Source: Alkalispirochaeta sp. (GTDB lineage Bacteria; Spirochaetota; Spirochaetia; DSM-27196; Alkalispirochaetaceae). Taken from it: a DNA stretch of 64,000 bases. Positions within the stretch are counted from its first letter, which is position 1. Every line of letters starts with the position of its first letter. A program made the position numbers and the translations under genes. Shown in pieces: positions 17,982 through 27,990 of the stretch. The DNA lies in the NCBI GenBank assembly GCA_965601925.1, contig OZ271854.1, positions 2,720,001-2,784,000 of the forward strand, read 5' to 3'. The notes beneath the pieces were generated by a model. It worked only from the letters and a program-made list of their open reading frames with translations, did not search any database and was not told the DNA's origin.

Positions 17982-19712
17982 ATGCACTTGAAGGGTATTG
18001 CGGCGTCTCCCGGGATCGCCACCGGCAAGGCGGTGGTTTTCGTACAACCGACATTGCCCGTGGTCGAGGGGACCGCGGGCGACGTCGAGGCCGAAATCGC
18101 TCGGTTGGATGACGCGGTGCGTGCGACGATCGATCAGCTGGTCCTGCTCAAGGAGAAGATGCGCGGTAATCTCGGGGACGAGTTCGCCCACATTTTTCGC
18201 TCCCAACAGACGATCGCGGAAGACGAAAGTATCCGCGGCGAGGTAGAAGCGGCGATTCGCGAGACGTCGATCTGTGCCGAGGTGGCGCTGCGAAGCGTCT
18301 TCGACTCGTATCGCGCACTCTTTGACGAACTCGACGATAGCGACTACAACAAGAGTCGCGCGGCGGACATCGACGACGTCTATAAGCGTATCCTCAGAAA
18401 TCTGCTCGGCGTTCCCGAGGTCAGTCTCGCTCATCTCGACCCCGACAGCATCATCATCGCCGAGGAGTTGTACCCGAGCGATACCGCCATGATGGATGCC
18501 GAGGCGGTGGGCGGTATGGTGACCGAACGCGGCGGTGCGACCTCCCATGTAGCGATCCTCGCGAAGAATCTGGGCATTCCCGCCGCGGTTCGCGTCGAGG
18601 GGGCGCTCACCAAAATTCGCGACCGCGATGCGATCGTGATCGAGAGCGTCGAAAACGAGGACGCGCGCGTGTTCGTCAACCCCGACCGTCGGACGGTCGA
18701 GGAGCTTCACGAGAAAGAGCGCACGTTGCGCCGCCATCACGAGCGTGTAGAGCGGTTTCGCGGCAAGGACGCGGTGACCACCGACGGGGAACGAATCGTG
18801 CTGTCGGCCAATGTCGGTTCCACCGCCGATCTTGAGCCCGCTCATGAGGCCGGCGCGACGAGTATCGGGTTGTATCGTAGCGAGTTCCTCTTCATGAACT
18901 CGCCGGCTCCTCCCGACGAGGAGCAGCAGTATTTGGCCTACCGTCGCGCCGCCGAGCGCTTCGACGGAGGGTTTGTCATCGTCCGCACCTTGGACATCGG
19001 CGGTGACAAACACGTTCCTTCGATTCCTCTGCGCGAAGAGGACAATCCGTTTCTCGGTAACCGCGCATTGCGATTGTGTCTTTCGCGGCCCGAGCTCTTT
19101 CGTAAGCAGTTGCGCGCCATTTTGCGCGCCGGAGCGCACGGTACCATAAAGATCATGTTTCCCATGGTGGGAGGCGTTCCCGAACTGGACCGGGCCCTCT
19201 CGGCGCTCGAGGAGGCCAAGAGAGAGCTCGAATCCGAAGGTCTCTCGTATGATCGCGAGATGGAGGTCGGTATCATGGTGGAGGTGCCGTCGGCGGTGTG
19301 GGTCGCCGACGCGCTGGCGGAGCGCGTTTCGTTTTTCAGCATCGGCACCAACGATCTCACACAGTACTTAATGGCTGCCGATCGGCTCAATGGGGATATC
19401 GAGGAGTACTATCGCACGTTCGATCCGTCGGTGTTTCGCTCGATCCACGAGGTGGCGCGCGCCGCCGACGTTCACGGACGGTGGGTCGGCGTATGCGGCG
19501 AGCTCGCCGGCAATCCCCTGGCGATCCCCGTGCTCGCGGGGCTGGGTGTGACGGAGCTGAGTATGAGTCCGCGCATGCTCGCCGAAGCGACGTGGCTCCT
19601 CCGTCGAACGTCGATGGACGAGGCCCGCTCACTCGCCGGCGAGGTGCTTGCTCTGGACTCCCACATTGAAATAAAAGCATTATTGCGGCGACATTATTCG
19701 TCGAAGGAGTAG
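17982..19712 (+). CDS. ptsI: PTS enzyme I (PEP-protein phosphotransferase)
   Basis: GGATSHVAI (phospho-His), GLYRSEF, RTLDIGGDK, NPFLG.R, SIGTNDLTQY and GVCGE. Confidence 0.95.
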   Translation: MHLKGIAASPGIATGKAVVFVQPTLPVVEGTAGDVEAEIARLDDAVRATIDQLVLLKEKMRGNLGDEFAHIFRSQQTIAEDESIRGEVEAAIRETSICAEVALRSVFDSYRALFDELDDSDYNKSRAADIDDVYKRILRNLLGVPEVSLAHLDPDSIIIAEELYPSDTAMMDAEAVGGMVTERGGATSHVAILAKNLGIPAAVRVEGALTKIRDRDAIVIESVENEDARVFVNPDRRTVEELHEKERTLRRHHERVERFRGKDAVTTDGERIVLSANVGSTADLEPAHEAGATSIGLYRSEFLFMNSPAPPDEEQQYLAYRRAAERFDGGFVIVRTLDIGGDKHVPSIPLREEDNPFLGNRALRLCLSRPELFRKQLRAILRAGAHGTIKIMFPMVGGVPELDRALSALEEAKRELESEGLSYDREMEVGIMVEVPSAVWVADALAERVSFFSIGTNDLTQYLMAADRLNGDIEEYYRTFDPSVFRSIHEVARAADVHGRWVGVCGELAGNPLAIPVLAGLGVTELSMSPRMLAEATWLLRRTSMDEARSLAGEVLALDSHIEIKALLRRHYSSKE

Positions 19713-19719
19713 GACATAG

Positions 19720-20001
19720 ATGAAAAAGAGGATCCTAGTTGCCTGTGGTACCGCCATCGCCACCTCCACGGTCGTCGCGAGAAAGATCGAGGAAGAGCTC
19801 TCCAAGCGCAATATCGACGTCGAGACGACGCAATGCAAAGCGTCGGAAGTACCATCCAAGGTAGACGGCCACGATTTGGTCGTGACCACGACGTTTGTAT
19901 CCGGAACCGGAGACGTCCCGGTGATCCACTCCGTCTCCTTCCTCACCGGCGTCGGCATCGAGAAGGATATCGAAAAGATCGTCGAGTACCTCGACGAGTA
20001 G
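19720..20001 (+). CDS. gatB: PTS IIB component (Gat/Lac family)
   Basis: ILVACGTAIATST phospho-Cys loop; FLTGVG. Confidence 0.85.
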   Translation: MKKRILVACGTAIATSTVVARKIEEELSKRNIDVETTQCKASEVPSKVDGHDLVVTTTFVSGTGDVPVIHSVSFLTGVGIEKDIEKIVEYLDE

Positions 20002-20011
20002 GGAGGGTCGC

Positions 20012-20356
20012 GTGCCCCGCGTGGAAGAGTTGACGTTTGCCAAGCTTTTGGCCGACGGCAAAGTATATCGAGCACCGTGCCTCGTCTTTCGCACGTCGGT
20101 GGACGGAAAGTGGTGGCGCGCGGACGGCATGTCGTTTTCGCCGGAGGATTTCGACTCGGTCATCGCTGCGGAGCCCGACACGGTGATCCTGGGCGTCGGC
20201 ATCATGAACAAGGTCACCGTACGTGATGGGTCGCTCGAGCGCTTTGCCGAGGCCGGCATTGCGTGCGAAGTGATGGACAGTCAAGCCGCCGTCGAGCGCT
20301 TCAACGCACTGTTCGACGCGGGGGCGAACGTCGTCGGTGCGTTTCACCTCATGTGA
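20012..20356 (+). CDS. Mth938-like (DUF498) protein
   Basis: PDTVILGVG, AAVERFN.L and the C-terminal GAFHL pattern. Confidence 0.75.
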   Translation: MPRVEELTFAKLLADGKVYRAPCLVFRTSVDGKWWRADGMSFSPEDFDSVIAAEPDTVILGVGIMNKVTVRDGSLERFAEAGIACEVMDSQAAVERFNALFDAGANVVGAFHLM

Positions 20357-21129
20357 TGTTCAATAATAGGCAGCGGCGAATCGATTTGTTGCTCAACAAG
20401 GTCAAGGTCGAGCAGCAGACGTCGATCGAGGATCTATCGAACTATTTCAACGTCTCGACCGCCACCATCCGCCGTGATATCAAGGAGCTCGAGAAGCGCG
20501 ATTCGGTGGTACAGACCGTCGGCGGCGGTGTCATTTATCAGACCGAGTATACCGGTGCGGTCGATCCCCGCAACAACGGCCACGCCATCGCCGAGAAGAT
20601 TCGTATCGCCGAGTACTGTACCGAGTTGGTACGCGACCACGACGATATTCTGATCGGTCCGGGAACGACGACCTTTCTGGCCGGGAAGATCATGAGCGGC
20701 ATCACCGACCGCAGCTTTCGTATCGTCACCAACTCCCTCGAGTTGGCCGTCGAAACGAGTGTGGCTTCCAATATTCGGACCGTTATCGTGGGCGGGGAGG
20801 TGTGGAACAAGCACACCGTCGTCCCCACCTCGGGCCACGAGTACTTCGCGACCTGTCACCGCCGTCACACTCTCGTAATGTCGGCCGACGGGGTGGATCG
20901 CCACCAGGACATCACCGTCTTCGAGACGCGCCTGGTGCCGGTGATCGAACAGATGATCGCCGTCTCCGATCGCATCATTCTCGCAGTCGACTCCAGCAAG
21001 TTCGACCAGGCGCGCTTTAATCACGTGTGCGGGTGGGATCGCATATCGCTGGTCGTCACCGATACCGGCATGCCGGAGGAGTACGCGACGTTCTTCCGAG
21101 AGCGCGGGGTCGAGGTGGCGCTGGTATGA
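20356..21129 (+). CDS. DeoR/GlpR-family transcriptional regulator
   Basis: HTH FNVSTATIRRDIKEL, EKIRIA, GTTT, VTNSL and DSSKF. TGATG overlap with the upstream gene. Confidence 0.9.
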   Translation: MFNNRQRRIDLLLNKVKVEQQTSIEDLSNYFNVSTATIRRDIKELEKRDSVVQTVGGGVIYQTEYTGAVDPRNNGHAIAEKIRIAEYCTELVRDHDDILIGPGTTTFLAGKIMSGITDRSFRIVTNSLELAVETSVASNIRTVIVGGEVWNKHTVVPTSGHEYFATCHRRHTLVMSADGVDRHQDITVFETRLVPVIEQMIAVSDRIILAVDSSKFDQARFNHVCGWDRISLVVTDTGMPEEYATFFRERGVEVALV

Positions 21130-21488
21130 CCGGGCTCTACTTTGCCTTTCTCGGCGACTACGCGATGCGAATCGTAGATTTCTACCGCGCCAATCAGGCG
21201 ATCCTGAACGGCGTAATAGTCGCCTACGGGCTTCTTCTCGCCGCCGCTCACCGCAACGTCGTACGTATCGAACGAATGCTGCGGGAGCGATTGGACGAAT
21301 CGGATATGCATCGTCTATGGCGTCGATTGGAGGCCGAACCGCTGGACGACGAGGAGTTACACACCCTGCGCAAGCGTTTGCGCATCCCGGTGCTCGCCTC
21401 ACCGCTGCATTTTTTCTTTTATCCCGTTTCCCGAGAGACGATACTGCGCATTCTACGCAAGAAATACCCAAGGAGTAACGCATCATGA
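21126..21488 (+). CDS. Small hypothetical protein with one probable TM helix
   Basis: ATGA overlaps at both ends (with DeoR and HPr). Hydrophobic stretch ILNGVIVAYGLLLAA. Confidence 0.7.
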   Translation: MTGLYFAFLGDYAMRIVDFYRANQAILNGVIVAYGLLLAAAHRNVVRIERMLRERLDESDMHRLWRRLEAEPLDDEELHTLRKRLRIPVLASPLHFFFYPVSRETILRILRKKYPRSNAS

Positions 21489-21769
21489 CCGATATTACCC
21501 TCACCGTACAGAACGAAACGGGACTGCACAGTCGCCCCGCCGACCTGTTCGTACGTACCGCCAAACTCTATGAGAGCAGCATCACCGTCCACAAGAATGA
21601 GAAATCGGCCGATGCCAAGAACATCATTAAGGTGATCCTTCTCAACGTCTCTCAGGGCCATGAGATCAAGATCGAAGCCGAAGGTGCGGACGAGGCGGAG
21701 GCGCTCGAAGACCTCGCAACCCTCATCGGGTCGAACTTCGAGACGGTGAACCCCAAGGTTAAGATCTGA
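21485..21769 (+). CDS. ptsH: HPr phosphocarrier protein
   Basis: GLHSRPA (His15), ADAKNII and AEGADE. Confidence 0.9.
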   Translation: MTDITLTVQNETGLHSRPADLFVRTAKLYESSITVHKNEKSADAKNIIKVILLNVSQGHEIKIEAEGADEAEALEDLATLIGSNFETVNPKVKI

Positions 21770-21860
21770 CTTTTCGAATCCGACACTACGATCGCGCGGC
21801 ACGCCCTCTCGGCCCCGCGTGGTCGATCCTTACACTTTGTTTGTATAATTATTCGCGAGT

Positions 21861-23690
21861 ATGAAACGATTTTCCTTCGGCGGAGTTGGTCTACCACTGT
21901 TAGTCGTCTTCACCCTTACCTCCTGCGGCGGCGCGGAGGAGGTGACCGTAGAAGAGGCCGCAGCACAGCGCGAGGCGGGCCGCAGCGAGCTTTTGGAGCG
22001 TACCGTATCGCGTCCCGGGCCCGGCGAGTGGGAGCCGGGAGAGGTCGGTGGTACCTGGACGACCAGTATCACCAACGATCCGCGAACATTTAACCTCGTC
22101 AATGCGTCCGACGTCGAGACTTCGAACATTATCGAAGCGCAGTACGATATGCTTGCGGACTACGATCCGTACGAGCGCGTCTGGATACCGAATCTAACCT
22201 CGTGGGAGATCGAGGTTGACGAGGCGAACGATACCCTGCGGGTGGTGTTTACGCTACGCGACGATCTGTACTGGACCTTGCCGGGGCAGTCGCTGGAGGA
22301 GGGCATCAAGGCGACGAGCGACGATGTGGTCTTCTGGTACAACGAGATCGCCGGCGATCCGGCGTTTCAAATGACCTCCAATGCGCAGCAGTTCGTCCGA
22401 ATGCCCGACGGGAGCGAGGCTCGCATTACCGCGGAGCGAATCGATGAGCGACGCTTTGCGCTGAACTATCCGCGTATCGTCGCCAATCCGATTCTTTCGT
22501 CCAACATGGTCTTCGGCCCGCGCCACATTTTCGAGCCGGCCAAACGGGAAGGCGGCGTCGAGGCGGTGCTCAACCTCCTCAGCGTAGAGACCGACGTGAC
22601 CCAAATGCCCTCGATCGGCGAGTACCATATCGTCGAGTACACTCCGGGGGTGCGTCTGGTCATGCAGCGAAATCCCAACCACTGGAAGCGCGACGAGGCC
22701 GGAACGTCTCTCCCCTATATCGAACGCGTCGTCTATCGTATCGTGCCCGACGTCAACACCAACTTTCTGCTCTTTCGCGAGGGAACGCGCGACTCCTACG
22801 GTGCGCGTCCCGAGGATTTGGAGGAGCTTCTCGGAGTCGAGAATCCCGACTATACCGTGTACGACGGTGGTGAGAGCCTTAACGCCTCATTTATTTCGTT
22901 CAATCAAAACCCGGCCAACATAGATCCGGTGCGATACTCCTGGTTCATTCAAAAGGAGTTTCGTCAGGCGATGAGCTCATTACTCAACCGCGAGCGAATC
23001 ATCCGACAGGTATATCGCGGCCTCGCCTCCCCGGTACGGTACTTCTTCATCGCCGCCAACCCGATGTTCAACCCCGAAATAACGCTCGAGTACACCTACG
23101 ACCCAGAACGGGCCGTGGCGTTGTTGGAAAGCATCGGCTTTTCGCAGGGCGAGGACGGATTGATGTACGACGAGGACGGGAATCATATCGAGTTTTCGAT
23201 CAATATGGGCGTCGAGGGCACCATCGGCGTCGATATCGCCACCATCTTCGCCGATGAGTTGGAGCAAGTTGGAATCACGCTCAACGTTCGCCCCATCGAT
23301 TGGCAGGCGTTGGGGGAGCGTCTCACGAGCACCTACGATTGGGAAGCGGTTATTATGGCGTTCGGCGGTGCGAACTACTGGCCCTCGGGAGGTTCCAACG
23401 TGTGGCCCTCGTGGGGCAACCTCCATATTTGGCACCCACTCCAGGAGGAACCGGCGACCGAGTGGGAGGCGCGCGTAGACTTTCTCTACAACGAAGGACG
23501 GTTCACCTTCGACGAGGCGCGACGACGGGAGCTGTACGACGAGTACCAGCGGATCATTTTGGAGCAACTGCCGCTCATATACACCGTGCACCCCTTTTCC
23601 TTTCTTGCGGTGCGCGATCGGTGGCGGAACGTCTACTTCGATACTTTAGGCTCAATAGAGACGCAGCGCCTCTTTTTAGGGAGCGAGTAG
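21861..23690 (+). CDS. ABC transporter substrate-binding lipoprotein (family 5, peptide/nickel/oligosaccharide)
   Basis: Lipobox LTSC, DPRTFN, FTLRDDL.W, FRQAMS and YDPERA. Confidence 0.9.
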   Translation: MKRFSFGGVGLPLLVVFTLTSCGGAEEVTVEEAAAQREAGRSELLERTVSRPGPGEWEPGEVGGTWTTSITNDPRTFNLVNASDVETSNIIEAQYDMLADYDPYERVWIPNLTSWEIEVDEANDTLRVVFTLRDDLYWTLPGQSLEEGIKATSDDVVFWYNEIAGDPAFQMTSNAQQFVRMPDGSEARITAERIDERRFALNYPRIVANPILSSNMVFGPRHIFEPAKREGGVEAVLNLLSVETDVTQMPSIGEYHIVEYTPGVRLVMQRNPNHWKRDEAGTSLPYIERVVYRIVPDVNTNFLLFREGTRDSYGARPEDLEELLGVENPDYTVYDGGESLNASFISFNQNPANIDPVRYSWFIQKEFRQAMSSLLNRERIIRQVYRGLASPVRYFFIAANPMFNPEITLEYTYDPERAVALLESIGFSQGEDGLMYDEDGNHIEFSINMGVEGTIGVDIATIFADELEQVGITLNVRPIDWQALGERLTSTYDWEAVIMAFGGANYWPSGGSNVWPSWGNLHIWHPLQEEPATEWEARVDFLYNEGRFTFDEARRRELYDEYQRIILEQLPLIYTVHPFSFLAVRDRWRNVYFDTLGSIETQRLFLGSE

Positions 23691-23699
23691 TTTCCGGCG

Positions 23700-24815
23700 A
23701 TGAATGATCGCGTAAAAGAGACCATCGCGATATCGCGATCGTTAGCGCTCGCGGTATCCTCCGTCATGCGTACGTACCGCTCGCTCAAGCGGAGGTTCCC
23801 GTTGGGGACGTTCATCGCCGCGCGCGTCGTCTCCATGGTGGCGACGCTCTTCGTGCTCGGATTCGCCGTCTTCGGTCTTATGGCGCTCTCTCCCGGCGAC
23901 ATTGTAGAGAATTACGTGCGCAGTCAGATGTTGACCCAGGACGAGTTCCGCCAAGCCGACAACGTCTACACGGAGGAGGCGATCGCCGAGGCACGGGCGC
24001 GATTGGGGTTGGATAGACCGTTTTATGAGCAGTACATGCGCTGGTTGCGACAGGTTTTTGTCGAACGTGATTTGGGGCGCACGCTTATCAGCCGGGCGCC
24101 GATCCTCTTTTTGATCCGCGATCGGATGGTTAACTCACTCGTACTCAACCTCATCTCGCTCTTTTTTCTTACTATCATAAGTTTTGCGTTGGGTATCTAC
24201 TTCAGCTCCAAGGTCGGAACGAAGATCGACCTTGCCGCAACGCTCTTTGCGCTCTTTTTGCACGCCTTTCCCGGTGTGCTGCTTCTGATTCTGTTGCAGC
24301 TCTTTGCCGCCATATCGGGGTTGTTCCCCGTGACTGCGTATCCCGACTTTCCGCCGGCCGAAGCGCCGGTGCGTTTTGCGTTCAGTTATCTCTATCATGT
24401 TCTGGTGCCGCTGATCGGCGCCTTTCTCGGCGGCATCGGCGGCACGATGCGGATGATCCGCGCGACGATGCTCGACCAACTGGGCCAGCCATACATCACG
24501 AGTCTCCGGAGTCGCGGCGTAGACGAGCGCCGCGTATACTTCGCCCACGCCTTTCGCAACACCTTGAACCCGTACATCACCTCGAGTGCCAATCTCTTCG
24601 CCGGCCTTTTCTCCGGTTCGCTGATTCTCGAGATCATCTTCTCGTACCCCGGCATCGGGCGACTGATGTACGAAGCGGTGCGTCAGGAGGATATCAATCT
24701 CGTTCTGGCGAATATGATGTTCATCAGCTTTCTGGTGCTCTTCGGTATGATCGTGAGTGACATTCTTCTGGCGGTCGTGGATCCCCGGATTCGATTTGGG
24801 GCTGAGCAGCGATGA
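23700..24815 (+). CDS. OppB/DppB-like ABC permease
   Basis: LSPGD, LGLDRP..QY, EAA-loop YITSLRSRG, EIIFSYPGIG and VDPRIR. Confidence 0.9.
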   Translation: MNDRVKETIAISRSLALAVSSVMRTYRSLKRRFPLGTFIAARVVSMVATLFVLGFAVFGLMALSPGDIVENYVRSQMLTQDEFRQADNVYTEEAIAEARARLGLDRPFYEQYMRWLRQVFVERDLGRTLISRAPILFLIRDRMVNSLVLNLISLFFLTIISFALGIYFSSKVGTKIDLAATLFALFLHAFPGVLLLILLQLFAAISGLFPVTAYPDFPPAEAPVRFAFSYLYHVLVPLIGAFLGGIGGTMRMIRATMLDQLGQPYITSLRSRGVDERRVYFAHAFRNTLNPYITSSANLFAGLFSGSLILEIIFSYPGIGRLMYEAVRQEDINLVLANMMFISFLVLFGMIVSDILLAVVDPRIRFGAEQR

Positions 24816-24852
24816 GTAGTCCGAACACCGACAGAGCGCAGGCGGGTACGCT

Positions 24853-25959
24853 ATGAGAAGATTCCGGCGCGCCATCTTTCGACGCCCCGTTGCCGGTATC
24901 TCGTTCGTCGTGTTGGTGGCGCTGTACGGTGCGATGGTGTTCGCCGAGTTCCTCGCCCCCTATACGCCGACGACCGTCTTTCGCGAGAGCGCATACCATC
25001 CGCCCAATCTCAGGCTATGGTCGGATGAGCTGGGACTTCGTCTACAGGTGCAGGAGTACGCCCTCGTTGACGACATCAACTGGCGCTACGCTCCGGTCCG
25101 GGGCGCCTACATTCCCGTGCGCCTCTTCGCGCGCGGCCCCGAGTACCGCATGTGGGGCCTCTTTTCCGGCCGTGCACACCTCTTGGGTACCGAGGCACCG
25201 TACGACGGCGAGCTACGAGGATGGGATGCCGGCGGACGCACGCACCCGGTCTTCTTGATGGGGGCGGACAGTCTGGGACGCGACCTCTTCTCGCGCATCC
25301 TCTACGGAAGTCGTATCTCGCTCACGATAGGTTTCATTGGGATTACGATCTCCCTGGTGCTCGCGATCACCCTCGGAGGATTGGCCGGATACTTCGGCGG
25401 CGGGATCGATTGGGTCATCATGCGTTTCGCCGAGTTCGTGATTCTCATTCCGGGGCTCTATCTTATTCTCTTTCTCAGGAGCTTACTCTCCCGCGAGATG
25501 GATTCCGGGCAGGCCTTTATTCTGATTACGGTTGTGCTTTCGTTCGTCGGATGGCCGGGGAGCGCGCGGATGATTCGCGGTCTGGTGCACAGCATTAAGC
25601 GCGAGGACTTCATCGTCAACGCGCGGTTGGAGGGTATACCGGCGTTGGTGATCGTCTTTCGCCACATCATTCCCCAGATGTCTTCAATTCTCATCGTGAG
25701 CGTAACGCTCGGTATTCCCGGCTTCATTCTCGGCGAGACGGTGTTGAGCTATCTCGGCCTCGGCATCATCGATCCGGCGGTGAGCTGGGGGAGTCTCCTC
25801 AATCGCGAAGTGACGACGCTGTCCAACTTGCGCAACTTCCCGTGGTTTCTCTATCCCGGTCTCTTCCTACTTCTTACGACACTGTCGTTCAACTTTCTCG
25901 GCGATCTGTTGCGCGACGTCCTCGATCCCTACCATAGAGAAAGGAAGCTCGGATCATGA
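24853..25959 (+). CDS. OppC/DppC-like ABC permease
   Basis: GADSLGRDLFSRILYGSRISL, LSYLGLG, SWG and GDLLRDVLDP. Confidence 0.9.
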   Translation: MRRFRRAIFRRPVAGISFVVLVALYGAMVFAEFLAPYTPTTVFRESAYHPPNLRLWSDELGLRLQVQEYALVDDINWRYAPVRGAYIPVRLFARGPEYRMWGLFSGRAHLLGTEAPYDGELRGWDAGGRTHPVFLMGADSLGRDLFSRILYGSRISLTIGFIGITISLVLAITLGGLAGYFGGGIDWVIMRFAEFVILIPGLYLILFLRSLLSREMDSGQAFILITVVLSFVGWPGSARMIRGLVHSIKREDFIVNARLEGIPALVIVFRHIIPQMSSILIVSVTLGIPGFILGETVLSYLGLGIIDPAVSWGSLLNREVTTLSNLRNFPWFLYPGLFLLLTTLSFNFLGDLLRDVLDPYHRERKLGS

Positions 25960-26972
25960 TCCTCTCCGTCGATCGTCTTTCGGTCAACTTCACGACCTCC
26001 GGGGGTATACTCCAGGCGGTGCGCGACGTCGGTTTCTCACTCGACGAGGGCGAGATCCTCGGTATCGTCGGTGAGTCCGGTAGCGGAAAGAGCGTTACCG
26101 CCCATTCGATCCTGCGTCTGCTTCCGGCAAACGGTGAGGTCGCCGCAGGGTCGATTCTATTTCGCGACGCATCGGTTCTCGACATGGATAAGGAGACGTT
26201 GCGCGCCTTTCGCGGCCGTCGCGTCGCGATGATCTTTCAGGAGCCGGGGCGCTCCTTCGATCCGATCTACTCGATCGGGAAGTCGCTGGCGGAGACCCTT
26301 CGCGCCCACCGTCCCGAGCTCGACGAGGAGGCGGTGCGCAAGCGGTCTATCGAGCTGTTGGAGGAGGTGCACGTCACGCATCCCGCCGACCGGTTGGGTA
26401 ACTTTCCGCACCAGTTCTCCGGCGGATTACTCCAACGCATCATGATTGCTCACGCCCTCGCAAGCGATCCCGAGGTACTCATCGCGGACGAACCGACGAC
26501 AGCCCTCGACGTCACGATTCAGGCCGGTATCATAAACCTCCTTCTGGAGTTGCGATCACGCCGCAACCTCGCGATCGTCTTCATTACCCACAATCTGGCG
26601 CTCATCTCTTCGTTTGCCGACCGGCTCCTGGTAATGTACGGCGGGCTGGTGATGGAGGAGGGGCCGACCTCTGAGGTCTTGTCGCGACCGCGTCACCCGT
26701 ATACCGCGAGTCTCATGGCGAGTCTGGTGCCCTTTGGAGCGCACAACAGTGAGCAGCCTCTGTATATCCTGGCCGGCGCGCCTCCCAACCCCTTAGCACC
26801 GGAACCGGGATGTCCCTTTGCGCCGCGCTGCCCCCTCGCGACGCCTGAGTGTAGGGCGGCCGTACCGGCTCTGCGAACGGAGGAGTCGAGCACATTTCGC
26901 TGTATTGAGGACGGTGTTAAGCGCTCGTCGGTCGCGGTGCGCGATGCCGGCGGGTCGGGAGAGCGCCCATGA
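25956..26972 (+). CDS. OppD-like ABC ATPase
   Basis: GESGSGKS, FSGG, IADEPTTALD, HPYT and GCPFAPRC. Confidence 0.92.
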   Translation: MILSVDRLSVNFTTSGGILQAVRDVGFSLDEGEILGIVGESGSGKSVTAHSILRLLPANGEVAAGSILFRDASVLDMDKETLRAFRGRRVAMIFQEPGRSFDPIYSIGKSLAETLRAHRPELDEEAVRKRSIELLEEVHVTHPADRLGNFPHQFSGGLLQRIMIAHALASDPEVLIADEPTTALDVTIQAGIINLLLELRSRRNLAIVFITHNLALISSFADRLLVMYGGLVMEEGPTSEVLSRPRHPYTASLMASLVPFGAHNSEQPLYILAGAPPNPLAPEPGCPFAPRCPLATPECRAAVPALRTEESSTFRCIEDGVKRSSVAVRDAGGSGERP

Positions 26973-27934
26973 TCGAGCTTGACGCCGTCTATAAGCGGTA
27001 TCCGCTCCACGCCGGGTTTTTCGCCCGCGAGGATGAGTGGGTGTATGCGGTGAACGGTATAACGCTTCGGATCGAGCCGGGCGAAATCTACGGCCTGGTC
27101 GGAGAGTCGGGGTGCGGCAAGACGACCACGGCGCGACTCATGGTGCGCATGGAGCGCCTCACCGACGGTAATATCCGCTATCGGAGCCGCGACGGGCAGG
27201 AGTTCTCCCTCGCCGGCATAGACAAGCGCAGCCTCAAACGGCTCCGGGGCAAGATTCGTTACATCTTTCAGGATCCGGCGCGCTCACTCAACCCGCGCTT
27301 GAGTATTCGCGAGGTTTTGCTCTCGGGGTATCGCTACTCGCCGGCGTGGCCCGGGAGGGTCAGAGCCGAAGAGGAGGCGCGCGAGCTCCTCGTCGACGTC
27401 GGACTCCAACCCGGCGACCTCGACCGGAGGCCCGCCGACTTTTCCGGAGGCCAACGACAACGGATTTCGATCGCCCGCTCCCTCATCACCAAACCGGAAG
27501 TGCTTATTTGCGACGAGGTGGTGAGTGCCTTGGACGTCTCGATTCAGGGCCAGATACTTAACCTGCTGCTGAGGCTGCGGGAGGAGCGCGACCTTACCAT
27601 GATCTTTATCGCTCACGATTTGGCCGTGGTGGGATACGTGAGTGATCGTATCGGCGTCATGTATCGCGGAGTCTTGGTCGAGGAGGCGTCGTCTCGTGAC
27701 TTGGTTAGAGGGCGACGGCATCCTTATACGCGCTATCTTTTCGACGCCATACCGTCCCTTCCCTTCGAGGGAGCGGATGGACACGCGAGAGCCGAAACGC
27801 GCGCCGATATCGCCGTCTCCTATGCCGCGCAGGCAAACGCCACGGTGAACCCGGTGCCCGACGCCGGCCTCCTGCACATGGACGAACCGCAACCGGGACA
27901 CCGCGTCAGCCGGCTGTTCGCCGGCGACGAGTAG
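26969..27934 (+). CDS. OppF-like ABC ATPase
   Basis: GESGCGKT, FSGGQRQR, CDEVVSALD and HPYT. Confidence 0.92.
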   Translation: MIELDAVYKRYPLHAGFFAREDEWVYAVNGITLRIEPGEIYGLVGESGCGKTTTARLMVRMERLTDGNIRYRSRDGQEFSLAGIDKRSLKRLRGKIRYIFQDPARSLNPRLSIREVLLSGYRYSPAWPGRVRAEEEARELLVDVGLQPGDLDRRPADFSGGQRQRISIARSLITKPEVLICDEVVSALDVSIQGQILNLLLRLREERDLTMIFIAHDLAVVGYVSDRIGVMYRGVLVEEASSRDLVRGRRHPYTRYLFDAIPSLPFEGADGHARAETRADIAVSYAAQANATVNPVPDAGLLHMDEPQPGHRVSRLFAGDE

Positions 27935-27990
27935 TTACCTACGGTGTCGTCCGGGCAACCGGAGCGGATGTGCGTCGTACCGGGGCGACG

